64,000 nt of DNA from the human T2T-CHM13v2.0 reference genome, Homo sapiens (GCA_009914755.4 CP068257.2:27072001-27136000), one strand, 5' to 3'. Counted from the stretch's first letter, positions 41,041-57,489 are shown. Made by a program: numbers and translations. The notes: generated from the letters alone by a model not told the origin.

Positions 41041-41546
41041 CACTTCCAAAAACTGGCATATTCTCTAAAAGGACAGCAAACTGGATTGACATGCCAAAAC
41101 CACTAGTTGAAAAATAAAAATAATCCGTTATTAAGTCAGTTGTTTTGTCATTGCTATTTTCACCAATCTAATTGAACAGGCCAATGCTTTTACAAGAAGC
41201 AGACAAGTCACTCATCTTGAAGTTTAGGACTAATAGCTGAGTAAATGCTTCTGAAATACACAGAGAGTAGACTAACCAACAGTACTCACAACACAGTGAA
41301 TAAATACACTAATATATGTAGAAACCCAGGCATATATTAGGTTAAATTAAGAAAAGAGAAACACATGAATATCCTATAGAATGAGATTTGAGGAGAAAAA
41401 TCTTCTAAATATGAAATTAGGTTCCCTCATCATATTTAATTTTTAGCTGTAAGTAATCTATTCTAAGACCACAGTGTAGAACATCCCAGTACAGACACAC
41501 AGTTTAATAATTTAATAACTTCAGAAATAACCATAGATGTCAACTA

Positions 41547-41929
<383 letters not shown>

Positions 41930-42103
41930 TCATGCAGTTCATTAGTGACACAGCCAACTCTACAACCTGGTTCAGTCTTTCACAAAAATGAAAGAAAGAA
42001 TTGTTGGCAACAGAAATGCAGTTGGGCCTAAAATGTTGTGATACAGAACCTTTCAGCCATCTCTTCTCCACTCGCCATGTTTAGAAACTTCAGAGAGCAT
42101 TAA

Positions 42104-42458
<355 letters not shown>

Positions 42459-42727
42459 TTACTCACTACCTAATACTTCTAAGGGGTGTGGGTTTCTTAT
42501 CAACTGCATGAATTCTTCCTAAATGATCTTGAAAAGAACCCACTATCATTCTGAATGTTGCTTGGAAACATATCTACTGTTCAAAGTAACTTTGTTGAGC
42601 TTAGAATTTAAACAGAGGAAGATTAATGTCAGAGCATGTACCATGTGCAGATTAAAAACTCCACTGTGGGTTATTCCAGAAGTAGACCAGAATTTTTTTC
42701 ATTTTCTTTTTGAAATCGTGTGTCTAA

Positions 42728-43122
<395 letters not shown>

Positions 43123-44262
43123 CAAGATTTATTTTTAAGAAAAGAAAAAAAAAATGTTTGTTTTATAGACAAGAAATTGGGAAAGAATAAATTGAACAGA
43201 ACATAAAACCCTTTCACTGTCTAAAAACAATTGGATTAGTCTCTGGTTCCCACTTAAGTTTTAAAATCTCTAAAATTAAAGTATCATGTGAAAGTCATGA
43301 AACCAGTTTTTAATGTACATTTTCTCAATTCCTGTTTGCCAGTGAATAGACTAATTGTCCCCAAACCAAACAAAGTCCAATCTTACAGAGCTAAACAAAC
43401 AGAAAATCAAAATAACTGGAAGGAGCATCATCATCTGGTTATCTGGTCATCATAATAACCAGAGAGTGAATCAACTGATCCCAGGATAGTCCAAAGGACC
43501 AAACAAACAGCTGTCATTCCAGTTAGTAGTACCTCACTTGACGGAGCACATCATAAAGTCCTTCTAAGACGTTTCTAATCAAGGTATGTGAGCCTGGCTT
43601 CCAACATACCTCAGAGACATAGAAATGCCCTATGATAATCTTGATGCTTCTTCCATAGTCATGTCTTGAATACTATTATTCTTGCAATATAGTATATGTT
43701 TTCTTCCACTGTCATAAAAAAATGGAAATGCTTCAATCTCACCTAAAGACAGACCCTTCCAGCTGTGGATACTGAGTGTCCACACACAGCGAACAGAGCC
43801 CTGGGTTAGCCATCAGGAGAACAGGGACCACTCTCAACTCAGTCTTTTCCCAGCCTTGTGTCCTTAGCAAGTCTCTGCACCACGTCCTCATCGGATGGGG
43901 GCAGAAATGAGAGAGAAAGGGATAAAGCCAGCTCTACATGCCTCTTGAAAAGCAGAAGCACTACAAAATGTAAGATATTATTGTTGTTACAATGCAAAGG
44001 GTGAAGCCAGGAGCACCCCACTGTCATGACACAGAGGGCCACGGCAGAGGCCCATGGGGATGTGGGGCAGGTATCAACGGATGGCCTGTGTGCACAGTGA
44101 GCCCATCCTTCTCCATTCGTGCTTGGCATCATGAACCACGAATGGTTCTTCTTACCCCTGAAGAACCATTATTGTTAAGTTCTGCAGTCCCTGCTATGGA
44201 AATGAGGCTGTGGTGATGCCTTGGTGCGATGGCTCTTAAGCAAGAATGGTTCTCCAGGGTTA

Positions 44263-44562
<300 letters not shown>

Positions 44563-45894
44563 TTACATTTTTCCAGAATCCTTAGTGCCTGCAATACTAG
44601 AGCATGTGCTTTCTTGCATATGGCCAGAATAGATCATCTGGCACCTCCCAGAGTTCACCCCTAACTCCCAGGGTCATTATGGGAGCAGAAGGATTGACAT
44701 TCTCAATCATCATTGAAGAAAGGATGCCCCTAAAGAGAAAATAATGCCCAGTACATCATAAATCCTACCTCAGCTTTTAAGGCAGGTGATTTGAATCCTC
44801 AGCAGTAACTTCATCTCTAAGGGTAGCCATTTACAAATCTGAGAGTTAGCCATATACAGTAATGTGAAAAGAAACACCTTTCACAAAACAGCACTATTTC
44901 GGAAAAAGAATTTATTCTGCTTAGTTTTATGAAATTCTTTTCTATAACCTACCTATCTACTATTTTTGTCTAGATAGAGATTTGGTCCTTTCAAACACAC
45001 GTGCACACGCAATGCCCTCCTGTCTCCTTTTTTGGGATGCTCCTCCATCTAAAAAGGCAGTGGAATTCCAAAGGTTACTAAATATACTCTGGCTTTTTCA
45101 TGGCGTGCAATAATAAAATAATGCTCTCTTTTCATCTGTTTTTGTCTTTTTAGGTAAAAGTATTTTTTCAGGAAGGAACTTTCTAAGATCATTCAGTACG
45201 TGTTTGGAGTGAAGCCCTGTTCATTTTCATTTCTACAAATCTCATACCAGAAAGATCTAATGCAGCCCCACTCCTATGTGTAGCTTCCATCAGTGTCAAT
45301 GCCAGAGAGGCCCAAGGGCCCCCTCGCACAGTTGAGTATATAACCTCATGAGTCCACAACTTCACTTCCCCGAGTGAAGAGAAGAATGGAAGTGAAGAAA
45401 AGAATGGAAATTCAATCGGTACCAGCAGACTGTCAGTTCCTCCAGTAGCAAACAATAAATGCATCTGAGGAAGTTCTGGTGAACCAATCAACAGGGGGGC
45501 TTTGTTCTGAACTTGGCGGAGCCTACCTCGTGCCTTGTAAATGTCAGTGTGTGTACGTGTGAGGGTCTGACATTACTCAGCAGCACATACCAAAGGCCAG
45601 GAATTTGGCAGAGTGAGGCTGATTACAATGCCTAAAAATATTCTGTTTTATCAAAATCTATTCTGATGCCTTTTAGCATGTGGGCAAAATGCTAGAGCAG
45701 CAGGCTCTTTAGGAAGCGGAAATTCTGAGAGGCGTTCCAAATATCCAAAACGACACAACCTCATTGTGTAAGAAGTAACCCTTCAGCTTAAATTCTTGTT
45801 GTTTGTCTATTTTTATCTCAACAGAATTTTTTTTTGTAAACCATGTAAGGCAATGATCTCTCCTTTGTAAACATTTATAAAATGTAATATAATT

Positions 45895-45960
45895 TATTTA
45901 ACAAATAATTATTGAGAGCCTATTATACACAAGGCACTTTGTTGGGCTTAACAGGGACTA
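45895..45960 (-). mobile_element. MIR-like fragment (weak)
   Basis: ttaacaaataattattgagagcctattatacacaaggcactttgttggg resembles the reverse complement of the MIR 3' region (cattt attgagcgcttactatgtgccaggcactgtgctaag). Confidence 0.4.
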
Positions 45961-48900
45961 TAAGGTCAAATAAAAAACTGTTCTTATTTTTAATGTGCCT
46001 GCAATAAGAAAAGCGTTAAGACCTTTCCTGAGAATGAGCTGCTCTGGGCAAGGCAAACTGTGATCCAGGCTTTAGAAGAGGCAAGAAGCAAGAGCTAGGG
46101 AGAAACGGACAAGGGAGGAATTAATTTTCTGCTAAGAACTGGCAAAGGCTTCTTGAGGGTTGTGGCATTTTGATGTGGGCCTTTCAGAGTAGATAGAGTT
46201 GGCCAGGCAGAGCTGAGGAGTGCTCTAGGCAAAGGCAGCAGCATGGGTGTGTGCAGAGATGGGAAGTCCAGGGCAGTAGAAGAATTCGTGTGAGGTCTTC
46301 AGAGGTCTTCATCATCACCAGGGATAGGATTTTTCCAAAATGAGAAGGCTAATGGCACCTAGAAAATGTACTACAGTGCGGTAGACTCTAAACAAAAGGA
46401 AGGGTATCATTTCTGTGAAACTGCCAAAGCCACAAGAGTGATAAATTAGGCCGGAGGGAGGCAAGGCTTAATCCTCATTTGTTGAACATGTTAAAAACAT
46501 GTGTGTCCACCACGTACATGTACACACAAACACACTCTAGGCACGCCACCTTATAGCAATTCTTCCTTTTTCAGCAACTGATGTACTCTTTGTCCTGGGT
46601 TTTAGTTTAGGTAGCTCCCTCTCATTACAGATTGACCAAGAAGCTGCAACTTATGTTTCTACCATAGAGTTTGTGGGAGTAAATACAAGAGGTGTGATGT
46701 CTATCTTCTGTGGGAAGAGCTCTGGAAGGCTTGCTCAGGAATCACCTTTATGTTTACCTGTAAACTGATACTTAAAGAATAATTGTCTAGCAATTGTGAG
46801 GAAGACTGATTGCCAAGTTATGACACTACCAGATAGAGCCAGCCAGGTGCTACTGCATAGCCATTCAACAAACAGTTACTCAGTGCTCACTGTCTACACA
46901 GGTATGAGGCGATGAAAATTGTGCCTGAGAAATGCCTAATAAGACAGAAATAAGAGCAACGCCATTTCTGTGTGTGAGAGAACAGGACTGGTCAATCTAC
47001 TGATGGATTGCAGTCTCTCTCTTATACCCAGATGCCTATATGCATATACCCTTATACCTATATGCACGAAGAAGAGCTAGAAATAAAGGATATATTCTAG
47101 CACAAAAGGTATATTGAACCAAACATTAAAATATATGTGTGAGCCCAATTTTCACATTTCTAAGGCCAGAATTGTAGCAGCTGAAGTCAAGTAACTTCTG
47201 ATCATCGGCACAGTTTTCATGAGTGTTCTCCATAACTCCCTAACTCAAGAAGACAGACACAAGGCCAGTTCTGGCATTTGGTTCATTACCAGTGGCCACA
47301 GATATACTTTGTTTTTCCGAGCAACAGGTGAGTTGTTCAACCATGCATTCCCTATGAACTGTGCATCTGTCTACCCTGGGGCCACCTAATGTCACAACCA
47401 ACCAACCTTAGCCAACAGCACCACTGATGGCTAAACCACTTAGTGGTTTAACTTCCAATCTCTTCCTCACTGCACCTTCCTACAGAGGCAGATCATGCAT
47501 ATACCATGTGCCCAGTTTTTCTGTCTTTCCCCACCCTCTAGCCATTTACTGTCACTTCAGGCGGCCTTTTTTCACACTTCACTCTCTACTTCATTCCATG
47601 TAGAAAATGATCTCAGGAAAATCTCCATCCATTCCAACCATAAACCAAAAATTTATTTTATTCTTTAGCTCCTATTTGAGTCTCACCTTGTATTATAAAA
47701 CACATTAAATATGTATCATTTCACTTGATTCTCCAAACAACCTTGTGAGATAGATATCACTTATCACAATTTACAGAGAAGACAAGTGCCTTTTGCCAGA
47801 GAGTTTAGCTAGTAAGTGAAAGAACAGGTCTACAAACCAAGGCCTCTTGATTCCCAAACACTTTGTCCTTCTAGGGTAAAACAATAGTACTAATGGTTCA
47901 CCTGCTATAAATAAGAAAGGAGAATTTTTACATTTTGACATGAAATTAACATAAGAAACCAAAACTTCCAACAGCAATATCATGTAAAACTATTCAGAAG
48001 TCTCCTTCAGCATCTAGACAATGTTCTGACTTAGATAGCTTTTTCTCAAGAAGGGTGTCTAAGATTGATGTAATCAATGCTATTTTCTACTTATGGTAAA
48101 TAATTCACTTAATAACTTTTGTTCTATCATTCATTGCAAATACAATATTTTAGTTTCATCATGTTGTACATGGAATAGCCTGGATAGTTAGTATTGCTTT
48201 GAACTCTACTACACATACTGCTATTCTTGCATTAATTTATTCAGCAAATGTCTATTAAATATTTTCTATAGTAAAGATGCTACACCGTACAGTATTAGGA
48301 ATATCAAATTATGCCAGCACACTCTAAGTCGATCTATTTATAAGGTGTCATCCATGCTTAATTCAGGTATCATGTAAGTGATTCAAACTAAATGACAGGA
48401 ATGAAGAGAACCCAATTATGGTTAAATTTTTTAAATAATAAAACCAATTGGCACATTTTTATGTATTTATAAGAATATTTCATACCATGGGAGCAGAATG
48501 GAGGAAAAGATGAAAGGGAAACAAATTTTAGTTTGTTTCCTTAAAGAAATATATGTTAGATTTTCTCATTCCTGCCTGCCCCATTCCTCTGTCTGCTGAA
48601 CAGAATCAATGATAGCAGCAGCCGAGATCCCAGTGGACCCTCTGGCCAAATGCAGCTGCATGAGTAAGCCCAGGTAAAGACAACAAAGGAACTCCCCTGC
48701 CCAAATACAGATGTGTTAGTTTTAAATTGTTTAATTTAACTTTGTTGTTTAAATTTGTTGTTGTTAAATCACTGTTGTCTGCAGATGAGAAGTTGCAGGG
48801 TAGTTTGCTACACAACAATCGACAGCAGATAGAACAAAACAGAATTCCCTAAAGACTGCAGGGCCAGAAGAAAGAATTGAGTTGGTCAGGACAAAAGAGT

Positions 48901-50744
48901 GGATAACAGTACTGACTAGGATAAGCGTAGACGTAAGGCCAAGAGGGGGTTTCCATGAAGGAGTGTGAGGAGGGCATTCTGGGACAGCAGAAACAGAGTT
49001 TGTTCAGGAGCTTTTCCTGGGTATAAGAGACAGACTGCAACCAGAGGAAATACAGCAGATAAGGCTATGCATTAGGAATGAATTTCTCCATTCCATCATT
49101 TTCTCAGTAAACTGAGTAAAGATCTCAATTGCTTTCAATTGTTTATTATAAATGAAAATTTGCTTTGAGATTCATTTTAAATATGCATTCTCAGTAATTC
49201 TTTTTACTTTAGGGGCAGAGGATGTATAACGGATGATTTTCCTCTTAGCCATATGGAAGAGTTGGACAAATAAACTAAGTAAGATTCTAAGAAGAAGGAA
49301 GATTAAATACAGCTAGATTGTGATCCTAAGACAAAAATGAAGGAGCTAAGGCATGCAGACTAGCTGGTCAGTTATTTGCTGACACCTTAGTATTCTAGTG
49401 TAGATGGAAGACTGAATAGGAGGCCAAGAAAACAACAGAACAAGAAAGGCAGGAGCCATGATTAAGAATGAGTTGCTCTGTGCAATCATGTTGGGCGGGA
49501 CAAAAAGAGAAAGTCAATTTTTGGACTTAAGAACTAGAAATTAAGAGGCAAATATGATCATAGCAAAGGAGTAAAAGTAGAAAGGAATCTGGAAAAGACA
49601 AAAAGGAAGTTGGTCACAACACTAACTCATCCATCGCAGAGAACCAGAGGAGTTGGCAGCAGATGAGGGAAAGGAAATCCGTGTGGCAGTGAGGAGCTCA
49701 GCAACTGGCACAAGAGAGAACTATGAAGTTGGAGAAAACTAAGTTAGGAAGGGCAACGAGCAGAAGAGAAGATGACTAAGAAGAGAAATTCTTAATAGTA
49801 AGGCAACAAGAATAAAACCAACGTGCTCTTAATAATATGTGTGTTGCATTGTATTAAATTCTTTGGAACACTTCCCATGAAACCCGATCCTCAGGCATGA
49901 AAATAACATGTCAAACCTCCCCATGACAGGTTACCTAAAAATAACTTCCAGGTACCAGGGGAAGCTGGTGAATAGGCTGGAGCTCAGTGATTTGTGGATC
50001 TAGATAGGCTTTTTAGATCCAGAAAGTACACAATCCAGCAATTCATTCCAAGTTAGAGAAGTATGTATGCCTGCTGCGGCCCCTCTCCAGGGCTACCAAT
50101 GTCTGCTGCACTCTCACTCCTGGTAGTCAGCTGAGTAGTCTGGCATAGCTGGTTTTCAAAATGCAATTGTCACAATAAATGGATAGGTGCCCTCTGATGT
50201 CCCTTTGAGATCCAAAGTCCTAGGATCAGGGCCAGCTTTCTGGGCATGCAATCTGTGCATTTGCACAAGGCTCTGTGCTCCAGTGGGTCCTGCACTTGGT
50301 TTAATGCTCAGCTGCTACCATCTTAAAATTCTTGACAGTTTATTAGCAAGATCCCAGCATTTTCATCTTGCACTGTGCCCAAGGGCATGGGAACCCACCT
50401 CTTGCATCAGTGTGACCTGGATGTGAGACATGGAGTCAAAGGAGCTCATTTTGGAGCTTTACGATTTGACTGCCCCACTGGATTTCAGACTTGCATGGGG
50501 CCTGTAGTCCCTTTGTTTTGGCCAATTTCTCCCATTTGGAACAGCTGTATTTCCCAATGCCTGTACCCCCACTGTCTCTAAAATGTAACTAACTTGCTTT
50601 TGATTTTACAGGCTCATCGGCAGAAGGGACTTGCCTTGTCTTTGGTATGACTTTGGACTGTGGACTTTTGAGTTAATGCTAAAATTAGTTAAGACTTGGT
50701 GGGACTGTTGAGAAGGCATGATTGATTCTGAAATGTGAGGACAT

Positions 50745-51103
50745 GAGATTTGGGAGGGGCCGGGGGTGGAATCTCATCTTGAATTGTAGCTCCCATAATT
50801 CTCACATGTTGTGGGAAGGACCCAATGGGAGATAACTGAATCATGGGGCAGTTTCCCCCACACTGTTCTAATGATAGTGAATAAGTCTCATGAGATCTGA
50901 TGGTTTTGTAAGGGATTTCCTCTTTTACTTGGCTTTCATTCTCTCTTGTCTGCCACCATGTAGGACATGCCTTTCGCCTTCCACCATGATTGTGAGGCCT
51001 CCCCAGCCACGTGGAACTGTGAGTCCCTTAAACCTCTTTTTCTTTATAAATTACCCAGTCTCGGATATGTCTTTATCAGCAGTGTCAAAACAGTTTACTA
51101 CAC
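50745..51103 (+). mobile_element. Solo LTR, ERVL-MaLR THE1/MST-like
   Basis: ...atctcatcttgaattgtagctcccataattctcacatgttgtgggaaggacccaatgggagataactgaatcatggggcagtttcccccacactgttctaatgatagtgaataagtctcatgagatctgatggttttgtaagg...ccatgattgtgaggcctccccagccacgtggaactgtgagtcccttaaacctctttttctttataaattacccagtctcggatatgtctttatcagcagtgtcaaaacagtttactacac. Confidence 0.8.
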
Positions 51104-53737
51104 ACTGAACATGACAAATTATGTAACTGGTCCTGCCTGGGATCTGTGTCCTGCACTAAAACTGAACAAGGACTGAATTGCCATCACTTGTGGGATATTT
51201 TCTGGACTTCTTTCCTTACAGTACAAAGTACCACACCAAATGTATAAAATCTCACAATGCAGCAATTGTCCAAGGCATCTTACTGCTTCTATCTTGACTG
51301 TGAAGAAGAGGGTACAATAACAACTCCCAACTCTCAGGGTGAGAAGGATGATTGAAAAGGAAATCCCTGTAGATGGATGAGATTTTTGGTGATCTCTGAA
51401 AGTTTCAATTAGGCTTTGCAGCATATTTCTAGAGTCAATTATCAGGAATATCAAGCCCATGCTATATCAAGGCCTTCATCACTTTCTAGATTCAACAAAC
51501 TTTTTCCATAAATGGCTATAGAGTAAAATTTTAGGCTTTGTGGCACATGTGATCTTTGCTGCAGTGACAATGTGAAAGCAGACATAGACAATACCTAAAC
51601 AGTTATGTCTGTATTCTGTTAAAAATTTAATTGCACAACCCAGGTACCAAGGACATTAACACTGGAAAAGAAACTTTTATACAGATTACAGACTTCCTAT
51701 AAATTTTGTAAATTGTTTTGACTGTATCCATTAGTTACAAAATAATATCCAATATCACATATAGCATTAACTCAACATAACTCTTTGGTTCCCTTTAATC
51801 TTGAACACTTTCCGTATCATTCTTTATATTTATGACATTGATATTTTTAGAGGATAGTCATTTATTTTGTACACTGTCCCATCTTATGATGGCCCCTTCA
51901 TTTTTGACATGGGTAATTTGTGTTTTTGATCAAAGTCCAATCCTGCCAGATATACACTGAATTAACAGTGTTTTGACAAAGCCAACATTTGGTCTTCATT
52001 CTGTTTCACATTTGTTTTCTATTTCAATAATTTCTACTGTGTGTTTATTGTTTCTTTCTACTTTATTCGGGGATAATCCAGTCTTTCCCTTTCAAACATA
52101 TACAGATTTACCTTTTGTCATAGATCTATTCATTTATTATTGAGTTTATGTTATTATTTATTTTCACCTTAAATTATACATAATCAGAAAAAAATAATTC
52201 CAGTGATTTTATTACTGTTTTGCTTTGTTCTGAGGGGACTTCTTTTATGGCCCAGTATATGATTATTTTTGAAAAATGTGATGTTCAACAAATATAAGTT
52301 AGCTGAAACTTATTGACTGAGGTTTTTTGAATCATCTATGTCCTTCAAGAATCAGTTCATAAGAAATGGACCCTGAAGAATTTAGGTATAAATGGGCACC
52401 ATATTTGCAACTTACTTTTTAACAATTCAGCGAAAAAAATATATATATGCATGTGTTTATTTCATTATTTTACACTATTTTAAAAACTTTTCTGTGAGTA
52501 AGAAATTATCCAAAATGTTTAAAAGTAAAGCCAAAAAATTAATATTAAAAATATTTTTAATTGCAAGGACCTGTGTTGAGCAGGATTTGGCCCATGAGTC
52601 AAAATTTGCCAACCCTGCTGTAGAGAAAGGAGGCATCTCATTGTATCATAGATTACAGTAAAAATCGGATGACCTGAAGTTTATTCCCTTGGTTACCTGT
52701 GTCACATAACTCAGACTGAGTCCTTTCTTCACTCGGTGTCTCAGTTTCTCTATCTGCTCTACAAAGCTTTTTTTTTTTTTCAATTTAGTATTAAATATAT
52801 GGGAAGCCTTAGGAAAACTGTATAAACTGGCCTGGGAAGGGTTACTGGTCTCTCTTCATTCTGTCTCCTCCCCCATTTGCCACATACAATGCACTAAAAT
52901 GCCTTATAAAATGAAATGGAGGGAAGACACAGAGAAGGCACGCAACAGGTTGAATAAATGATGAGGCATCAAGAAGATGAAAAGCAGCAGGATCTTTGAA
53001 GGAAAGATGTAGACCATAAAATGGGGCAGCAAATTGAAAAGACGAAGATTGGAATGAAAAGAGTTTGAAGCCAAACCACAGAGAATTCAACCCAATGAGA
53101 TCACTAGACTGAGGTAGGAAAAGAAACATCATGATATACTTCCAAATGTGTTTCCAGTCTCTGCTCATTAGGAATAAAATCTCTACCATTGTGTATTCCT
53201 TACACCCACAGATAATTTGATACCCACTCTGGGGTAAATCTGAATATCTTAGCTTTCCCTAAGAAAAGACGTTGCCCTCAGATTGCTGACAACCTGCAGA
53301 AATTCACACAAGAAGAGAGGAATGCTGCCTGGGTGTTGACTCCTGGAGATGCTGTCTCTAGCACATTATGTTTCACAGCATTTATTAATACCATTATTGG
53401 CCCAAGTTACCCACATCACTTGCTATTCCTGTAATCCTTTAAAGGCTTGCACAAGGAAACAAAGAACATACCCATGGATATTTTTTAAATGCCTACAATA
53501 TTTTCTGCTTGACATATGAAGGTTATCCAAACCATGGTCTACATTAAAAACAAATAAAGCTGAGTCTCACCTTATTTATTTATATCCAGCCCACTATAAA
53601 AACAAGGCCTCTCTCACCTGTCTCACATTGTTGGGGTTGAAAGGGTCACCAAAAATCACTGAATGTGAAAAATTAACTCCAGAGAGAGTATGTACTTTGA
53701 CTAATGTTCCAGAACTAAATGGAATTGGTAGCAAGCT

Positions 53738-54065
53738 GCAATGGTTTTAATGTGCCCCACAAAAGTTTATGTGTTGGAAACCTAATCTCTTTGCCCTCAT
53801 GAAAGGAGTAGTGGAATAATGTTGCTATCACTGCAGCGGGTTTATTATTGCAGGAGTGGCTTTGTTTTAAAAGCAAATTCCCTTGGCTCTGTTTTTCTTC
53901 ATCTTTCCCCTTCTACCATGTTATGATGCAGCATGAAGGCCTTCACCAAGTGCAGGTGCCATGCTCTTCCCAGCCTTTAGAACTGTGAGCTGAATAAACT
54001 TCTTTTCTTTATAAATTACTCCATCCGTCATATGGTGTTATAGCAAAAGAGAATGGACTAAGACA
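53738..54065 (+). mobile_element. Solo LTR, ERVL-MaLR MLT1/MST-like
   Basis: tgcaatggttttaatgtgccccacaaaagtttatgtgttggaaacctaatc...ccagcctttagaactgtgagctgaataaacttcttttctttataaattactccatccgtcatatggtgttatagcaaaagagaatggactaagacat. Confidence 0.65.
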
Positions 54066-54352
54066 TGGGACAAAGATTCAGTAGGCTTATTAAATTATCT
54101 ATGTAACTACAGAGAGCTAGCGAACCAATTTCAGCTTAGGGGAAACAGGAAATTCGGAAACAGGAAGCCCAGAGAAAAATGGCACTGGACTGTGACTCCT
54201 ATTGCCTCAGGTTAGATCATCTGACTTCACAAGGTAAAAGCTTCTGCACACAAACCTGCTTCAGCCCTTTTCCACCAATGGGACACCCTTGCTATGTAGA
54301 GTAGTGCAAAACTCTGTCATTTACTTGTCATGGGACATTGGGTAAGTCACTC

Positions 54353-54759
54353 TGTATTAGTCCATCGTTTTGCTATAAAGAAATACCTGAGGCTGGGTAA
54401 TTTATAAAGAAAAGAGGTTTAATTGGCTTATGGTTCTGCATGCTGTACAAGCATGGCACTGGCATCTTCTCACTTCTGGTGAGGCCTCAGAGAGCTTTTA
54501 CTTATGATGGAAGCTGAAGCAGGAACAAGCATGTCATATGGTGAGAGAGGAAGCAAGAGAGAGAGCAAGAGGAGGAGGTCAGGCTCTTTTAAACAATCAG
54601 CTCTTGCGTGAACTCACTCATCACCAAGGGGATGGTGCTAAGCTCTTCATGAGATCAGACCCCACGATCCAGCGACTTCCCACCAGGCCCCACCTCCAAC
54701 AGTGTGAATCACATTTCAACATGAGATTTGGAGGGGACGGACATCCCAACTATATCACA
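54353..54759 (-). mobile_element. Solo LTR, ERVL-MaLR THE1/MST-like (minus orientation)
   Basis: ctgtattagtccatcgttttgctataaagaaatacctgaggctgggtaatttataaagaaaagaggtttaattggcttatggttctgcatgc...gatcagaccccacgatccagcgacttcccaccaggccccacctccaacagtgtgaatcacatttcaacatgagatttggaggggacggacatcccaactatatcaca matches the reverse complement of the THE1 LTR (tgatatggtttggctgtgtccccacccaaatctcat...). Confidence 0.75.
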
Positions 54760-57111
54760 CGTGAACATTCTCAGCCTCAGCAGTCTTATCAGAAGAATGA
54801 GGATAACCCAGTAAACTCAAGCCTAAGTGATGGAGGTGTGGAAATGCTTGACAGACAGAGTTGTTAAAGGGGAAGCTATGTCATCATAAAAGGGAATGAG
54901 CTGATGACTATGACCATGTTCTTTTCAGGAGACACAGTGAGGTGCACTTAAGCAGATGTGATTGGTGCTTCCAAACCAACTCGTTTGACTGCCAACACCA
55001 ACTACTCTCTTCCTGAGGTGATCTCTGGCCATTGTAGCCCACATGGACCACATGGAGCAGACTAGGGAGTTAATGTATCCCTAGAAGCAGTCCTCAACCG
55101 TGACTGAAAACTCCAGCTTCCTCATCCTGGGATAGGAGCAGGCACAACAACTCTGAAGCATGTTGCATAGTGTCCCCCTGGCAGAACCAAACCTCAGCTG
55201 TACACAGCAGTGACCTACTTAGCATCACACTCTTTAATAGTTTTCTCTTTTTTTCCTAACTCACCTCCCTACTCCCTGCTGCTGTTTCCTGGAAGCACTT
55301 CCCACATAAACTATTTACACTCAAATCCTTATCTTAGAGTCTGTTACTGGGTACTTAGCCAACCTAAGATAGCCAAGTAGAAATACCCAGCAGGTAGTCT
55401 AATATCCAAGTCTGGGAGTTGTGTCAGCAGGACAAACTGTATCTGCAAGTTGTTGTGCATTCATATTTGCTATGTGGAAAAGAGTGGTTAGAGTGAGTTT
55501 AAATAAAAATTTTAAAGTGAGGCAGAAGCTGCTAAGACAAGAGAGAATTTGAGGAAGAAATATTTCCACAGAGGCCCAAAAAATCAGCAAAAGAAGATGA
55601 TAACAAGAACGCCCCTTATAATAAACAAGGAATATAGGAGACAGAAAAAAAAGCTACAATGAAACCTGTTTTACTTCTAGCACACTTATGTCTTATCAGG
55701 ATATACACAGAGAGCACAAACGTCCTATAAAAGATAAAGAAGCATGTCCCTTTGGCAGTCTATCAGTTGCACTCAGCATCTTCAGGAGAGAATAGCGAGG
55801 GCATCTGATTTCCTATCCAGTATTGCCCCCTCCTAGAACTCACAGATGCAAGTTGATAACTCCTTTTTTATAACTTAAGGCTGCAGCTGTCAGGAAAGAG
55901 AGGGAGACAGGCTCAACCACTCTCAGTGGCCAGAAATCAGGTAATGTGATTATTTCACCTCCTTCCACTAGGTATTTCAGCAAATCATAAATGTATAATG
56001 ACAGCTACATTTACTTCTAATTCTGGACATGAGTATTACTAGTTTTTCAGTATTGCTAACTGTCAAGACATACTATAAATTGTCCCCTTGACCCACCTGA
56101 TATTCAAAATATCCTACTGGCATTTAATCTCTTGTGTGATGCTCTCCCCTTGAGTGTAGGCAGGACCTGTGACTTGCTTCTAACCAACTGAGTATGATGA
56201 AGTTGATAGAATATATGTAATTACATTACATAAGATTCTAATGTCTTTCTTGCAAGCAAAGTTTCACCCTTATGGCCTCTGAGGGAGCAAGTGGGTATGT
56301 TGAGAAGAAAGAGTGACCTCCAGCTAACAACCAGCAAGAAATGGAGGCCCTCAACCTAACGTGCCACAAGGAACTGAATTCTACCAACGACCACATGAGC
56401 TTGGAAGCAGATCCTTCCCCAATTGAGTTTCAGGTGAGACTGCAGCTCCATTTAACATTATGGTTTCAGCCTCATGAAGCCAAGGACTAGAAGAGCCAGC
56501 TATGGTACACTCAAACTCCGGATGTACAGAAACTAATAAGTGTGTGTTGGTTTAAACTGCTAAAGGTGAGATGATAAATGTGTGTTGTTTTAAGCTACTA
56601 AGTGTGTGCTAATATTGTTACACAGCAATAGCTAAATAATACGCTAACTATAATCTTGTATTGACTTACTGGCTTTTAGTCCTAAGAATTTTGCTATTTA
56701 TATTGAATACTTTTAAACCAATAAACCATGTGGTTTGCAAATTATTGGATTTGTCATTGCCTTTTTGAAATACAGGCTACCAAATCAGCCAAAAAGTTTC
56801 CACCGACACACAATTCCTTGGGTGAGTGATAAGAGAGACCCTGGTAATAGCCAGATATGAGGAATAACTTGACAAGTCTTACTGTGCCCCTGTAGGTCAG
56901 AATCAACCTCCAAACAGAAGGAAATATTTGGTGCTGTGAGCTCCATTTCCCTCACACTTGAGCTTCAGGAGAAATTTGAGAAAGCCAAGTGTGAGTAATG
57001 ACTAGCTAAAGAGCCATGATTTGCAAATGTTCAACATTATTAATCAACAGGGAAATGCAAATTAAAACCACAATGAGATACCACCATACTCCTGCAAGAA
57101 TGGCCATAATT

Positions 57112-57489
57112 CACATATACACCATGGAATACTATGCAGCCATAAAAAAGAATGAGTTCATGTCCTTTGCAGGGACATGGATGAAGCTGGAAACCATCAT
57201 TCTCAGCAAAGTATCACAAGGACAGAAAAACAAACACCACATGTTCTCACTCATAAGCAGGAATTGAACAATGAGAACACATGGACACAGGGAGGTGAAC
57301 ATCACACACCAGGGCCTGTTGGGGGTTGGAGGACTGGGGGAGGGATAGTGTTAGGAGAAATACCTAATGTAAATGATGAGTTGATGGGTGCAGCAAACCA
57401 ACATGGCACATGTATACCCATGTAACAAACCTGCACATTGTGGACATGTACCCTAGAACTTAAAGTATAATGATTTTTTTTTTTTAAAA
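57112..57489 (+). mobile_element. Younger LINE-1 (L1PA-like) 3'-end fragment nested in the older L1, with 16 bp TSD
   Basis: cacatatacaccatggaatactatgcagccataaaaaagaatgagttcatgtcctttgcagggacatggatgaagctggaaaccatcattctcagcaaagtatcacaaggacagaaaaacaaacaccacatgttctcactcataagcaggaattgaacaatgagaacacatggacacagggaggtgaacatcacacaccagggcctgttgggggttggaggactgggggagggatagtgttaggagaaatacctaatgtaaatgatgagttgatgggtgcagcaaaccaacatggcacatgtatacccatgtaacaaacctgcacattgtggacatgtaccctagaacttaaagtataatga. The TSD aagaatggccataatt sits at 57096-57111 and 57490-57505. The + strand ORF 57016-57267 is an L1 ORF2 C-terminal remnant. Confidence 0.88.
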